A stretch of 64,000 bases of DNA from Calditrichaceae bacterium (GTDB lineage: Bacteria; Calditrichota; Calditrichia; Calditrichales; JBFXGD01). The notes under the pieces were generated by a model. It was not told where the DNA came from. It did not search any database and saw nothing but the letters and a program-made list of their open reading frames with translations. The translations under genes were made by a program, and so were the position numbers. The stretch lies in NCBI GenBank assembly GCA_050173015.1, contig JBFXLE010000002.1:192001-256000 (forward strand), written 5' to 3'. Positions 8,258 through 19,165 of this stretch are shown piece after piece (position 1 is the first letter of the stretch; each line of letters opens with the position of its first letter).

Positions 8258-10470
8258 TGATATCTGGTTACGATGAATTAAATGAAGTTCAGTTAGAAGC
8301 AGTTAAGGCCACGGACGGACCCGTGCTTATTCTTGCCGGCGCGGGTAGCGGGAAAACCAGAAGCCTGACATACCGAATCGCTTATCTTATTAATGAAAAA
8401 AAGGTTAAATCTTCTGAAATCCTTGCGGTGACATTTACAAATAAAGCTGCCAGAGAGATGAAAGAAAGGGTTGAGAATTTACTCGGAGCAAATATAACAT
8501 CATTGTGGATCGGCACATTCCACAGTATTTGCGCGCGGATACTTCGGGCAGAATCCGCTCAACTCGGATTCACCAGCAGCTTTACCATATATGATTCCGA
8601 TGATCAGGTGAGGGCCCTGAAAAAAATCATCAGCATTCTGAGTGTTCCGCAGCAATTGTATTCGGCAAAAATGATTCAGAGCCGTCTTTCCCGTGTAAAA
8701 AATCAATTTCTTTTCCCGGATGATCTTGATTCGGAGTCAGGTGACGGTTTGGATGAATATCTTCCTCAAATTTACCGGGAATACCAGAAGTTTCTAAAAG
8801 AAAACAACGCCATGGATTTCGACGATCTGCTCATAAAGCCAATTGAGTTGTTTGATCAAAAACCGGAGATAAGGAAAAAATATTCAAATAAATTTAAATA
8901 TGTGCTCGTCGATGAATATCAGGATACCAATCGCGCGCAATATCTTTTTATAAAAAAACTTGTTCTCGGTCACCGGAATCTCTGTGTGGTTGGTGATGAA
9001 GATCAGTCCATTTACGGCTGGCGCGGGGCGGATATCACAAATATTTTAAATTTTAATAAAGATTTTAACGATGCCAGAATCTTTAAACTCGAAGAGAACT
9101 ATCGTTCCAATGAAAATATACTCCAGGCTGCCAATGCCGTTGTTGGTCACAACACTGAACGGATCGGTAAAAACCTGTGGACGCGACGTAAAAAAGGGGA
9201 CAAAATATCCGTTTATGCGGCACAGAATGACATGGAAGAGGCAAAAAGGATCGTTGATGTTGTTCATGAGGAGATGTACACAAAAAAGAGAAGTTTTAGT
9301 GACATCGCCATTTTATATCGCACCAATGCCCAGAGTCGCGTCATTGAAGATGAGCTCCGCAGAAATGCAATTTCTTATATAATCATCGGTGGTGTGAAGT
9401 TTTATGACCGGAAAGAAATCAAAGATATTATTGCCTATCTAAAACTGATTGTCAATCCGGCGGACAGCATCTCCCTGAAAAGAATTGTAAATTTTCCGTT
9501 GAGAGGAATAGGCGATACCACCATATCCAAAATCGAGAAATTTGCGGAAATTGAAAATATTAGCTTATTTAACGCGCTGGGACGAGTAAAAGAAATTTCT
9601 TCCATTTCCCCTGCCATGGGTGGTCGCGTCATCGAATTCTATAATTTGATCTCTAATTATATAAGCCTGAAAGATGAATTATCCACCATTGAGCTTGCAT
9701 CTACACTGGCGTCGGAAACGGGTATTCTTCATCATTATCAAACTGAATATGATCAATATGAAAGCGAAAGCAAAGTTGCCAATATTAAGGAACTTTTTCA
9801 GAGTATTGAACAGTTTACAGAAGAACGAATAAAAAATAAAATGGAAAGCGACCTTGCTTCATTTCTTGAAGATGTGAGCCTCATGACAGATATCGATACA
9901 TGGAATAATTCAAATAATGCGGTGACCTTAATGACACTGCATGCTGCCAAAGGTCTTGAATTTCCTGTGGTGTTCATAACGGGAATGGAGATGGGATTAC
10001 TCCCGCTCCAGCGAAATTCCGCGGACATCAGTGAGCTTGAAGAAGAAAGACGTTTATTATATGTCGGCATGACCCGGGCTGAAGAAAATTTATATCTTAG
10101 CTTTGCCAGATCACGCCGCAAATATGCAAGCTTTGTTCAAAGCACGCCATCTCTGTTCCTGGATGAGATACCCGTGGATCTGCTCAGTTATACGCCCGCG
10201 TCCAGGGAAGCGCTTCCCCAAAAATCAAATCGTGGAAAAGCGCGCAGAAAAAAAATTCAATCGTATTTTGAAACTTCCGACGAAAATCAAGTAGTTGATG
10301 ATACCTATAAAGTAGGCCAGGATGTCTATCATTCCACATTCGGCAAAGGGAAAATTATGAATCTCGAAGGCTCCGGAGACAAGATGAAAATAACAGTCCA
10401 TTTTCAGGATGAAGGCATCACTAAAAAATTAATTCGTCAATACGCCAATTTAAGTCCGATAGAAGGATAG
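8257..10470 (+). CDS. pcrA: ATP-dependent DNA helicase PcrA/UvrD
   Basis: AGAGSGKT, DEYQD, GDEDQSIYGWRGA, KGLEF, EEERRLLYVGMTRA motifs; C-terminal Tudor-like HSTFGKG domain. Confidence 0.93.
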   Translation: MISGYDELNEVQLEAVKATDGPVLILAGAGSGKTRSLTYRIAYLINEKKVKSSEILAVTFTNKAAREMKERVENLLGANITSLWIGTFHSICARILRAESAQLGFTSSFTIYDSDDQVRALKKIISILSVPQQLYSAKMIQSRLSRVKNQFLFPDDLDSESGDGLDEYLPQIYREYQKFLKENNAMDFDDLLIKPIELFDQKPEIRKKYSNKFKYVLVDEYQDTNRAQYLFIKKLVLGHRNLCVVGDEDQSIYGWRGADITNILNFNKDFNDARIFKLEENYRSNENILQAANAVVGHNTERIGKNLWTRRKKGDKISVYAAQNDMEEAKRIVDVVHEEMYTKKRSFSDIAILYRTNAQSRVIEDELRRNAISYIIIGGVKFYDRKEIKDIIAYLKLIVNPADSISLKRIVNFPLRGIGDTTISKIEKFAEIENISLFNALGRVKEISSISPAMGGRVIEFYNLISNYISLKDELSTIELASTLASETGILHHYQTEYDQYESESKVANIKELFQSIEQFTEERIKNKMESDLASFLEDVSLMTDIDTWNNSNNAVTLMTLHAAKGLEFPVVFITGMEMGLLPLQRNSADISELEEERRLLYVGMTRAEENLYLSFARSRRKYASFVQSTPSLFLDEIPVDLLSYTPASREALPQKSNRGKARRKKIQSYFETSDENQVVDDTYKVGQDVYHSTFGKGKIMNLEGSGDKMKITVHFQDEGITKKLIRQYANLSPIEG

Positions 10471-10545
10471 ATAAAATATAAAGCAGAATACAATCCTTTA
10501 CACAATTTATCAGACATGAGCGTCCATTATTTAAAACGGAACTAT

Positions 10546-13500
10546 ATGAAGAAAATTTATGTCTCTATTTTGGTATTACTGGCGATCACCCCTTTATTCG
10601 CTCAGGGTGAATCTGAGAGCAGTGATTTTTCCTACGCGGTCAAACTGTATAATCAGGAATTTTATGATTTAGCCGCTCAGCAGTTCATCAAATTTTATAA
10701 TAATTATCCCCAAAGCTCCAGGATCGATGAAGCCAAATATTATTCGGGTATTTCTTTATTTAATCTGAATGATTATTTTCAGGCCCGCATTGAATTTCAA
10801 TCACTCGCGCTTGAGTTTCCGAAAAGTTCCAGGGCCGGGGAAAGCTGGTTCAAGATTGGTGAGTGCTATGAGAAAACAGGCAATTATTCGGAAGCTGTAA
10901 AGGCATATGAGACAATAAAAGTACTATATCCCAACCATCCACTGGCTCCAAACGGACTCTATCTTGCCGGTAACATCGGGATCAAACGCGAAGAATATGC
11001 AAAATCTTATCAAAATTTTTCTTTCATTCTTGAGAGGTATTCCGAATCAACATTTTATTACCCTGCCATGGTAAAATCTGGATTATGTCTCGCGCGGATG
11101 GATGACCTGGAGAAGGCAAAGCAGTATCTGCAGAGGGCGCTTGATTCGAAACCGGATGAACAGGTTTCAGCCGAAGCGAATCTTATACTTGGCAGAATAA
11201 ACGCGGGACAGGGATATTATGCGGATGCCAGGAAGAGATTCTTAAACGTCATCAACAATTATCCGAAGTCACCATTTGTGATCGACGCTATTAAAGATAT
11301 TTCTAAAATATATATCCAGGAAGGTGACTATAATAACGCTCAGATTTACCTAACCAAGGGAGTAAAAGAAAAAGTATCAGCCGAAAGTACGAATGAATTA
11401 CGTCTTTTGCTGGCTGATGTATATTATCTTAACGGAAAATTTGCGTTAGCTGATAAAGAATACGAGCAGATCTCCGGAGTTAAAGATGATTCTCTCATGC
11501 TTGTGTTGACATTTAAAAAGGCCCTTGCGAAAAAGCGACAAATCCTGATTACTCAGGCGAATGAATTACTTGGCAGCGCGCTCAAAGAATTTAAAAACAA
11601 AAACTCTGATCTTTATTCCGCTGTTTTCGATATTTATATTGACTGGCTTGAGGAAGGGCGAAAATACCGCCTGGCCATTTCCATGCTGTCGGAAAGAATA
11701 AACAAAATAGATCTTCTCGAGCATCGTATCGCGCCGACTAACCGTCTGGTAAAATTTCTAATAAAAACAGAGCAATGGCATGATATTATACGTCTGCTCC
11801 AACCGTTTCTATTGATTCAGGATAATTATCCCGAAAAGGATGATGTCTATTATTTTCTTGCATACTCATTTGAAAAAATAGCCGATTATTCTCAGGCGGC
11901 ATATCATTATAATCAACTGATCACTAATTTTCCCGCAAGCACTTATTATTCTGACGCGTTACAGCGGATGGGCTATCTGAGTGACTACAACCTGATCGAT
12001 CAGAATGTCGCGGTATCAAAACTGGCTGGCTTAATCGGTACCTTTCTCAATAAAAATAATGATCATTTACAATTTGAATTAGGTAAAATTTATTTTAATG
12101 ACCTTAAAGATTATAACAGCGCTGAAAATCAATTTAAACAAGCGCTTTTAAACGATACGGCTAAAACGGGAGATCTTTATCTATTTTTGGGAAAAACTCT
12201 TCTGAAAAAAGCTTACCGTGCAAATCTGACGAACGACGAAACATTGGTTTTCTTAAGGAACGCCAGCGATTATTTTACAAAATCGGTGGAAAACATATCA
12301 ACATGTTCAAATCCTGATGAAGCGTCATGGTTGCTTGTCAATACGAGCGTGAGCATTGATACCCTTCCGCTGGCCAAAGAAAAAAATTATATAGAAACGC
12401 TGATAAAAAAATATCCGGGCAGTAAACTCATAGAAACCTGGTATAAAAGCCTTGCCTTCGATCTTGCTTTTGATTCCGCTTTTCATAAGGACTCGATAAA
12501 ATATTTTGAGTTACTGATCAATAATTTTCGCGGTTCTGCTGATTACTCAGCCTATCTATATGGATATGCCCGATTGAAACAGGAATCAGATAAGGAAACC
12601 GCTATTAAGTTTTATAAAAAAATAGCCTCCGATTTTGCCAATAAAAATGAAGCTGCTGACGCTCTGCACGAAGTCGCCGGCTATTATGAAGAGCAATCTC
12701 AATTTAAGGATGCGAATACTCTTTATAAAAATTTGCTGGAAACATACTACTATTCAGACGCGGCGGTCGATGCCAGACAAAAAATAGGAATGATATATTT
12801 AAAGGCAGGATCATATCAGGAAGCGATCGATGCTTTGGACAAACAAATACATTCACCGTTTGTAACCGATTTTGTCTTAAGTAAGGAATTTTTGCCGCAA
12901 ACCCTTTACAGCAATGTCTTTTTTCTGGCGAAAGCATACGCAGGACAGGGTGATTATAAAAAAGCTCTCGAAAATTATAAGTTTTATTTGAATTTAGCCG
13001 CGAGCGGTGCATTGAGAGACGAAACCAGATTTGCGATGGGTGAGATTTATTATTCAAAAAATCAATTTAATATCTCTTTTGAAAACTTCATTCAGGTTTC
13101 GCGTGAAGATTCTGATCTGTATGCCAGATCACGCATGTACGCCGCGGAAATTCAATTCAATAGAGAAGAGTATAAAGAAGCGGCAGCTAATTTTAATGAA
13201 CTTTCAAAATTGATTCAGAATGAAGATGCTAAACGTGATGTCTCCGGCAAATATATTGTATGTCTAATCCGGGATGGAAATTTAGCCGAGAGTGAAAAAG
13301 CCATTGGCGCGTTTAAAAAGAATTTTAAAAAAGCCGATCAATTATTCGCTCAATTTATACTGGAATTTGGAAAATATTATCGTTTGAACAAAGATTTTAA
13401 CAAGGCAATAAAATACTTTGAACAGGTTAAGAAAAAATACAAGAATTCCGATTCTGTAGATGACGCGGACTATTTCCTGTCGTTGACATATTTAACGCTT

Positions 13501-14169
13501 AATAAACATGAAGATGCTTTAAAAATTCTAAGTACTTTTTCTTCAAATTACCCAAAAAGTGAACTTCTTTCTGCCGTTTATAACACGCTGGGAACAATTT
13601 ATTTCCGGTCGGAGAAATACGATTCCGCCATCGCGGTTTTTAAAAATTCCCTGGAATTATCGCCGGACCCGAATCTTGAAGAACAGATTATGTCGAATCT
13701 GATTAAAACTTACAGCCTTACCGGATTCTGGGACGCTGCCCAGGGAATGGCAAGACAATATGTAGAAAAATTTCCGAATGCAGACGATATACTTGATAAA
13801 AAAATTCTGATCGGTCAGGCTTTTATCAATTTAAACCAGTTCCAGACAGGTGTGGAATACCTAAAGAAAATAAAACTTGAAGCCGATAGTGATAGAGAAC
13901 CCGAAATTCAGTTTTATATTGGTGAAGCCCTTTTGAAAGCCGGACAATATGAAAGCGCCATTGCTGAGTTTGTGAAAATCCCGCTCCTTTCCAAAAAAAC
14001 AAAATTGCAATGGGAAGCCAGCGCGCTTTATTATTCGGGACAGGCCTATGAAAAGTTGGGCAGGATTACTGATGCTGTTCGTATGTATCAGGAAATTGTG
14101 AATCGGCCGGGAATAGACCTGATACTTAAAAAAGATGCTGAAAAAAGGATCAAACAGATACAGGGTTAA
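10546..14169 (+). CDS. large exported tetratricopeptide-repeat protein (~1200 aa)
   Basis: Signal peptide MKKIYVSILVLLAITPLFA from ATG 10546; many CpoB/BamD-like YP.S TPR units. Confidence 0.85.
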   Translation: MKKIYVSILVLLAITPLFAQGESESSDFSYAVKLYNQEFYDLAAQQFIKFYNNYPQSSRIDEAKYYSGISLFNLNDYFQARIEFQSLALEFPKSSRAGESWFKIGECYEKTGNYSEAVKAYETIKVLYPNHPLAPNGLYLAGNIGIKREEYAKSYQNFSFILERYSESTFYYPAMVKSGLCLARMDDLEKAKQYLQRALDSKPDEQVSAEANLILGRINAGQGYYADARKRFLNVINNYPKSPFVIDAIKDISKIYIQEGDYNNAQIYLTKGVKEKVSAESTNELRLLLADVYYLNGKFALADKEYEQISGVKDDSLMLVLTFKKALAKKRQILITQANELLGSALKEFKNKNSDLYSAVFDIYIDWLEEGRKYRLAISMLSERINKIDLLEHRIAPTNRLVKFLIKTEQWHDIIRLLQPFLLIQDNYPEKDDVYYFLAYSFEKIADYSQAAYHYNQLITNFPASTYYSDALQRMGYLSDYNLIDQNVAVSKLAGLIGTFLNKNNDHLQFELGKIYFNDLKDYNSAENQFKQALLNDTAKTGDLYLFLGKTLLKKAYRANLTNDETLVFLRNASDYFTKSVENISTCSNPDEASWLLVNTSVSIDTLPLAKEKNYIETLIKKYPGSKLIETWYKSLAFDLAFDSAFHKDSIKYFELLINNFRGSADYSAYLYGYARLKQESDKETAIKFYKKIASDFANKNEAADALHEVAGYYEEQSQFKDANTLYKNLLETYYYSDAAVDARQKIGMIYLKAGSYQEAIDALDKQIHSPFVTDFVLSKEFLPQTLYSNVFFLAKAYAGQGDYKKALENYKFYLNLAASGALRDETRFAMGEIYYSKNQFNISFENFIQVSREDSDLYARSRMYAAEIQFNREEYKEAAANFNELSKLIQNEDAKRDVSGKYIVCLIRDGNLAESEKAIGAFKKNFKKADQLFAQFILEFGKYYRLNKDFNKAIKYFEQVKKKYKNSDSVDDADYFLSLTYLTLNKHEDALKILSTFSSNYPKSELLSAVYNTLGTIYFRSEKYDSAIAVFKNSLELSPDPNLEEQIMSNLIKTYSLTGFWDAAQGMARQYVEKFPNADDILDKKILIGQAFINLNQFQTGVEYLKKIKLEADSDREPEIQFYIGEALLKAGQYESAIAEFVKIPLLSKKTKLQWEASALYYSGQAYEKLGRITDAVRMYQEIVNRPGIDLILKKDAEKRIKQIQG

Positions 14170-14192
14170 TAATTCCATTAAAGGGAGACATC

Positions 14193-15530
14193 ATGCATAG
14201 ATTCACATTTGCGATAGCAGCCTTATTTATCCTTTTTGGTTTAATGGCCTGTTCGGGTTCAAAAAAATCCGGAGAGACAGTAGTTCCCTTCGAAAATAAT
14301 CAGCTGCAGGAACAGGTTGAGAATCTGCAGAAACAAATCAAGGATAATCCAAACACCCTGGAATACCGCAGGCAATTAGCAAGCCTTTATCAGCAAAATG
14401 GCAGAGAGATGGATGCCCTGCAGGTACTTGAGCGGGGATTTGCTATAGATCCGAATGATGCTGAATCAAAATTTCTTTATGCTGAAATTGCGGCGAGTTT
14501 GGGTGATAATTTGAAAGCATTCAGGGCATACAAAGACGTATTGCAAAGTTCTGACGGTGATGCCTATCTTGACAGGGTAGCGCCAAAATTTGCCGATGCT
14601 TTTCCGCTTACTAAATTAATCAGCACAGATGCCAATGAAGCATTCGGGACTTTTTCTGCTTCCGGAGATAAAGTTGTTTATCAATCGGATCAAAATGGAA
14701 ACTGGGACATTTTTGAATATGATATAGCGAGTACCAATATAACTCAGCTGACCAATTCTCCCGCGCACGAAGAGAATCCTGTCATATCGCCTGATGGTAA
14801 AGAGATAATCTATACTTCAACCGTGGAAGATCACCGGGACGTTGATTATAACCAAAAACTCAGGGATATATTTGTAAAGGATCTGGACACGGGACGTGAA
14901 AGGAATCTGACCACAAACGGATCAAATGACTGGCGTCCCCGGTATTCTTCAGATGGCAAATTGATTGTTTTTGTCTCTGAAAGAAACGACCTGAGAAATG
15001 TACCGTTCTATGAATTCCATGGAGATATTTTTCTCATGGAAAGTGACGGGAAATTCCAGAGAGCGTTAACAAAAAATTCTCAAAATAATGGCGGCGCGTG
15101 TTTGGCATACGGAAGTACTGAGGAAAACGGCGTCATCTATTTTGATTCAAACAGAAGCGGGGCCTACGAAATTTATAAGACCGATATGAAAGGCGCAAAA
15201 ACTTCCCAGATTACATTTAATGCGAATTCAAACGATGTATCACCCGATGTGTCTCCAAGAGGTGACAAAATTACATTTTTTTCCGACAGAGACGGTAATT
15301 ATGAGATATATTTGATGAATAATGACGGTTCAGCGGTTCAACGGTTAACATCGAACGTATCCGATGACCTGAATCCTGTATTTTCACCGGATGGAACCAG
15401 GATAATCTTTCATTCTAACCGTGGCGGTAATTTTGATATTTATATGCTTGATCTGACCAAAGAAAAAAGTACTCCGGCATTATATGAAGTTATTTCACGG
15501 ATCGATAAAGCGATCGAATCTCTTCTATAA
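14193..15530 (+). CDS. lipoprotein with TPR and TolB-like PD40 beta-propeller
   Basis: Lipobox LMAC; short TPR region; repeated P..SPDG..I.F.S.R.GN..IY units. Confidence 0.85.
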   Translation: MHRFTFAIAALFILFGLMACSGSKKSGETVVPFENNQLQEQVENLQKQIKDNPNTLEYRRQLASLYQQNGREMDALQVLERGFAIDPNDAESKFLYAEIAASLGDNLKAFRAYKDVLQSSDGDAYLDRVAPKFADAFPLTKLISTDANEAFGTFSASGDKVVYQSDQNGNWDIFEYDIASTNITQLTNSPAHEENPVISPDGKEIIYTSTVEDHRDVDYNQKLRDIFVKDLDTGRERNLTTNGSNDWRPRYSSDGKLIVFVSERNDLRNVPFYEFHGDIFLMESDGKFQRALTKNSQNNGGACLAYGSTEENGVIYFDSNRSGAYEIYKTDMKGAKTSQITFNANSNDVSPDVSPRGDKITFFSDRDGNYEIYLMNNDGSAVQRLTSNVSDDLNPVFSPDGTRIIFHSNRGGNFDIYMLDLTKEKSTPALYEVISRIDKAIESLL

Positions 15531-15548
15531 AAAACGATGAAATCAAAT

Positions 15549-15581
15549 AAGACCCGGTGATGTTTTTCATCGGGTTTTTTT
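15549..15581 (+). terminator. intrinsic terminator
   Basis: ACCCGGTGA/TCATCGGGT stem followed by a T run. Confidence 0.75.
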
Positions 15582-15645
15582 ATTGAATATCTGATTTCAG
15601 GATTGTATTTTCAAACGAATGTAATATATCAGGATTTCACGGAAC

Positions 15646-17922
15646 ATGAATCTTTCGCAATTAATAGAATATTTGTCCGAAGATCAGGACTTTCAGAAGA
15701 ACATAACAAAATGGACTGTAATAAACGAACGTCCGGCTTTTTTTGAAAACTTTCCCGAAAATCTTCATGAAAAATTAAAAGACGCGCTTTTGAAAAAAAA
15801 TATCCGCCAGCTTTATCTGCACCAGGTTGAGGCGTATAATCGTGTCAGGGTAGGGGAAAACGTTGTAATAGTCACTCCGACCGCTTCCGGAAAAACGCTC
15901 AGCTATAATCTCCCGGTATTTGAATCAATGCTTGAAAATCCCGAAGCCCGGGCACTGTACCTTTTTCCGACCAAAGCGCTTTCTCAGGATCAGGTCAAGG
16001 AAGTTCAGGATCTTGTTAATCTCCTTGATTCAGGAATCAAATCGTTCACCTTTGACGGTGATACTCCCGCCGATATCCGCCGGACTATCCGATCCGCCGG
16101 CCACCTTGTCGTTACAAATCCTGACATGCTTCATCAAGGTATTTTACCGCATCATACATTATGGATAAAATTATTTGAAAACTTGAAATTTATAGTTCTC
16201 GATGAAATTCACGCGTATCGTGGTGTTTTCGGCAGTCATCTTACAAATATTTTACGACGTTTAAAGAGGATATGTGAATTCTACGGGAGTAATCCCCAAT
16301 TTATCTGCTCAAGCGCCACAATCGCTAATCCGAAAGAGCTGGCGGAAAAATTAACAGGGGAACCGGTGACATTAATTGACAACAATGGCTCTCCATCAGG
16401 TGAAAAACATTTTTTGTTCTATAATCCACCGGTTATTAATTATGAGTTAGGTCTCCGAAAATCGGTTGTCTCCGAAGTTAGAAATGTAGTGAGAAAACTG
16501 CTTCCTACGGGAGCGCAGATCATCGTGTTTGCAAGAAGCCGTTTGCGGGTTGAAATACTTGTTACCTATATTAGAGAGACCGCGGCTCAACTAAAAATCG
16601 ATCCGAACAAAATTCGCGGATACAGAGGCGGATATCTTCCCAAAGAGAGAAGGGCTATTGAGAAAGGCTTGAAAAATGGCTCTATACAGGTTGTAGTGAG
16701 CACAAACGCGCTTGAACTGGGGATTGACATAGGGCAGCTGGATGTAGCCGTTATGGCGGGATATCCGGGATCTGTCGCCAGCACCTGGCAGCAATCCGGA
16801 AGAGCCGGCCGCAGGCAAAGCCTGTCAATGGCTATTCTTGTGGCATCAAGCGCCCCTTTAGATCAATATATCATTGAACATCCTGATTATTTTTTTCAGA
16901 AAAATCCGGAGACCGCCCAGATTGACGGAGATAATCTGCCGATTCTCATGAGTCATCTTAAATGCTCCGCGTTTGAACTGCCATTTAATGAAAAAGAACG
17001 ATTTGCGGATGATATAACGACACATTTATTGGATTTTCTCACAGAAGAACGCGTTTTAAGAAAAACAAACGGCAAGTACTTCTGGATGAGCGAAATATAT
17101 CCTGCCGATGAAGTGGGATTGCGCAGCGCTTCATCCGAGAATGTGGTAATAATTGATACGAGCGATCAGAACAGGGTGATAGGAGAAATTGATCTGTTTT
17201 CAGCCCCTGAGATCGTTCATAAGGACGCGATATACATTCACGACAGTGTTCAGTATCATGTAGATGAATTCGACTGGGATGAGCAAAAAGCTTATGTGCA
17301 TAAGGTCAATGTTGATCACTATACCGACTCCATAACAAAGACGGATTTAAAGGTTTTGGATATTCTGGAAGAGGGGAGACCGGGCGAATTTGGATATGCT
17401 AAATTTTATGGTGAAGTCGCGGTAACCAGAGTCACCACTAGCTATAAAAAAATTAAATTTCATACCCATGAAAATATAGGATTGGGAAGGGTTTATCTGC
17501 CTGAAATGGAGATTCAGACTTGCGCGCTCTGGTGGGAATTTCCGGATGATCTGTTTATTGATCCATACTTTAAGGAATCTGTAATCGGCGAAGGTCTAAA
17601 AGGCATCGCATATACATTGCAAAATCTGATTCCCCTATATATCATGTGTGATATTTCCGATATATCGGTAATACCAATGGTACGCGCTCCATTCAGTGGG
17701 AAACCGACCATTTATGTATATGATAAATACCAGGGAGGAATTGGATTAAGCCGAAAACTTTACGCAATAGACCGGACCGCGCTGCGAGCAGTAAAAGAAC
17801 ATATTCAGTCATGTCCATGCGCAAACGGCTGCCCCTCATGTACCGGACCGACAATTGAAGGCGGTATTTTTGGTAAAAAAAGCGCCATTAAGATACTAAA
17901 TCTATTATCGCTGAATGAATGA
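15646..17922 (+). CDS. DEAD/DEAH-box helicase with DUF1998 C-terminus (MrfA/YprA/SftH-like)
   Basis: TPTASGKT, DEIH, SATIANP, LELGIDIG, GRAGR motifs; C-terminal CPCANGCPSC. Confidence 0.92.
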   Translation: MNLSQLIEYLSEDQDFQKNITKWTVINERPAFFENFPENLHEKLKDALLKKNIRQLYLHQVEAYNRVRVGENVVIVTPTASGKTLSYNLPVFESMLENPEARALYLFPTKALSQDQVKEVQDLVNLLDSGIKSFTFDGDTPADIRRTIRSAGHLVVTNPDMLHQGILPHHTLWIKLFENLKFIVLDEIHAYRGVFGSHLTNILRRLKRICEFYGSNPQFICSSATIANPKELAEKLTGEPVTLIDNNGSPSGEKHFLFYNPPVINYELGLRKSVVSEVRNVVRKLLPTGAQIIVFARSRLRVEILVTYIRETAAQLKIDPNKIRGYRGGYLPKERRAIEKGLKNGSIQVVVSTNALELGIDIGQLDVAVMAGYPGSVASTWQQSGRAGRRQSLSMAILVASSAPLDQYIIEHPDYFFQKNPETAQIDGDNLPILMSHLKCSAFELPFNEKERFADDITTHLLDFLTEERVLRKTNGKYFWMSEIYPADEVGLRSASSENVVIIDTSDQNRVIGEIDLFSAPEIVHKDAIYIHDSVQYHVDEFDWDEQKAYVHKVNVDHYTDSITKTDLKVLDILEEGRPGEFGYAKFYGEVAVTRVTTSYKKIKFHTHENIGLGRVYLPEMEIQTCALWWEFPDDLFIDPYFKESVIGEGLKGIAYTLQNLIPLYIMCDISDISVIPMVRAPFSGKPTIYVYDKYQGGIGLSRKLYAIDRTALRAVKEHIQSCPCANGCPSCTGPTIEGGIFGKKSAIKILNLLSLNE

Positions 17923-19097
17923 TGGATATCAATAAAAAACTGCAATTTTATAAATCCGGAAAAAACACTCATTCCGAAACCACAACAATTATTGCCCCTG
18001 TTAAGGCGCTCGCTCTTCATTTTAACGGCGAGATAATTTCACCCGAAGCTCCATACATCAAGATTTCGCATGCTGAACGCCTGTCAGGTATGCCGGATAA
18101 ATTAAATATAAACTTTTTGAGTAAAGGTCAGACGGACAATGAAATTATGACGGAAAACTGTCTGTTTTTTGATCTTGAAACGACCGGACTCGCCGGTGGG
18201 GCAGGGACATTCGCCTTCTTGCTGGGATTTGGATATATAAGAAATGATGAACTGATAGTTGAACAGTATTTTTTACCTGATTACGGCAGGGAGTATGATT
18301 TATTCAAGAACTTAAAGGAATGGCTGAATCGTTTCTCGCATCTGGTATCCTTTAATGGAAAATCTTACGATTTGCCTCTTTTAAAAAACCGGTTTGTGTT
18401 AAACAGAATTATACCTTCATTTCAGTCAATGCAGCAAATCGATCTGCTTCATTTGAGCCGCCGTCTTTGGAAGGACAGCATTGAATCCTGTAAACTCACC
18501 TCCCTTGAAGGTTATCTGTTTGATCTGGAAAGATCTGGAGATATCCCGGGAGCACTCATTCCGCAGGCCTACTTTGATTTTATCCGAACCGGAGTGGTGC
18601 ATAATATCATTAAGATCATCGAACATAATTACCAGGATATAGTTTCTTCCGCGCGGATTCTGATGCGGATTCATGAGATTGAGTCAGATCCGGCAATCTT
18701 GAAATCAGATCCGCGGGCTTTACTTAGGTTTGCCGGTCTTGCTTTTGAGAATGGTCATGAAGAAATTCTCAGAATGGTCGCGGGGATATTTGATGATGTA
18801 CCGGATCAGATCAAGGTATGGCAAAGCATTATTTATAAAAAAAAGAAAGCCTGGCAAGAAGCAGTCCAATTATGGGAAGAACTAACTTCATCCGTAAATT
18901 TCATTTTTTTCGCCCTTGAAGAATTAGCAAAATTTCATGAGCATGTAAAAAAAGACCACAAAACGGCTCTTTTTTTTACAAATCGGGCGTTACAAAACAT
19001 AGATTCTCTGGGTCAACTGGATGCTTCAATTGATTCAGATTATTATTCTACATCTTTCCGCCACAGAAAAATGCGTCTTCTGTTAAAATTATCTTGA
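17919..19097 (+). CDS. RNase H-like DEDD exonuclease with TPR (MrfB/YprB-like)
   Basis: FFDLETTGL, FNGKSYD, HNYQD motifs. Overlaps the helicase stop codon. Confidence 0.88.
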   Translation: MMDINKKLQFYKSGKNTHSETTTIIAPVKALALHFNGEIISPEAPYIKISHAERLSGMPDKLNINFLSKGQTDNEIMTENCLFFDLETTGLAGGAGTFAFLLGFGYIRNDELIVEQYFLPDYGREYDLFKNLKEWLNRFSHLVSFNGKSYDLPLLKNRFVLNRIIPSFQSMQQIDLLHLSRRLWKDSIESCKLTSLEGYLFDLERSGDIPGALIPQAYFDFIRTGVVHNIIKIIEHNYQDIVSSARILMRIHEIESDPAILKSDPRALLRFAGLAFENGHEEILRMVAGIFDDVPDQIKVWQSIIYKKKKAWQEAVQLWEELTSSVNFIFFALEELAKFHEHVKKDHKTALFFTNRALQNIDSLGQLDASIDSDYYSTSFRHRKMRLLLKLS

Positions 19098-19122
19098 CAG
19101 AAATTGCTCTTCAGACTATATT
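19094..19122 (+). promoter_or_regulatory. sigma70-type promoter (TTGACA-N17-TATATT)
   Basis: Perfect -35 at 19094-19099, 17-nt spacer, TATATT at 19117-19122, upstream of the acyl-CoA ligase. Confidence 0.65.
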
Positions 19123-19165
19123 TATACGTTATTAAATCCCGCCTTTCACACCATATGGAGGTATT

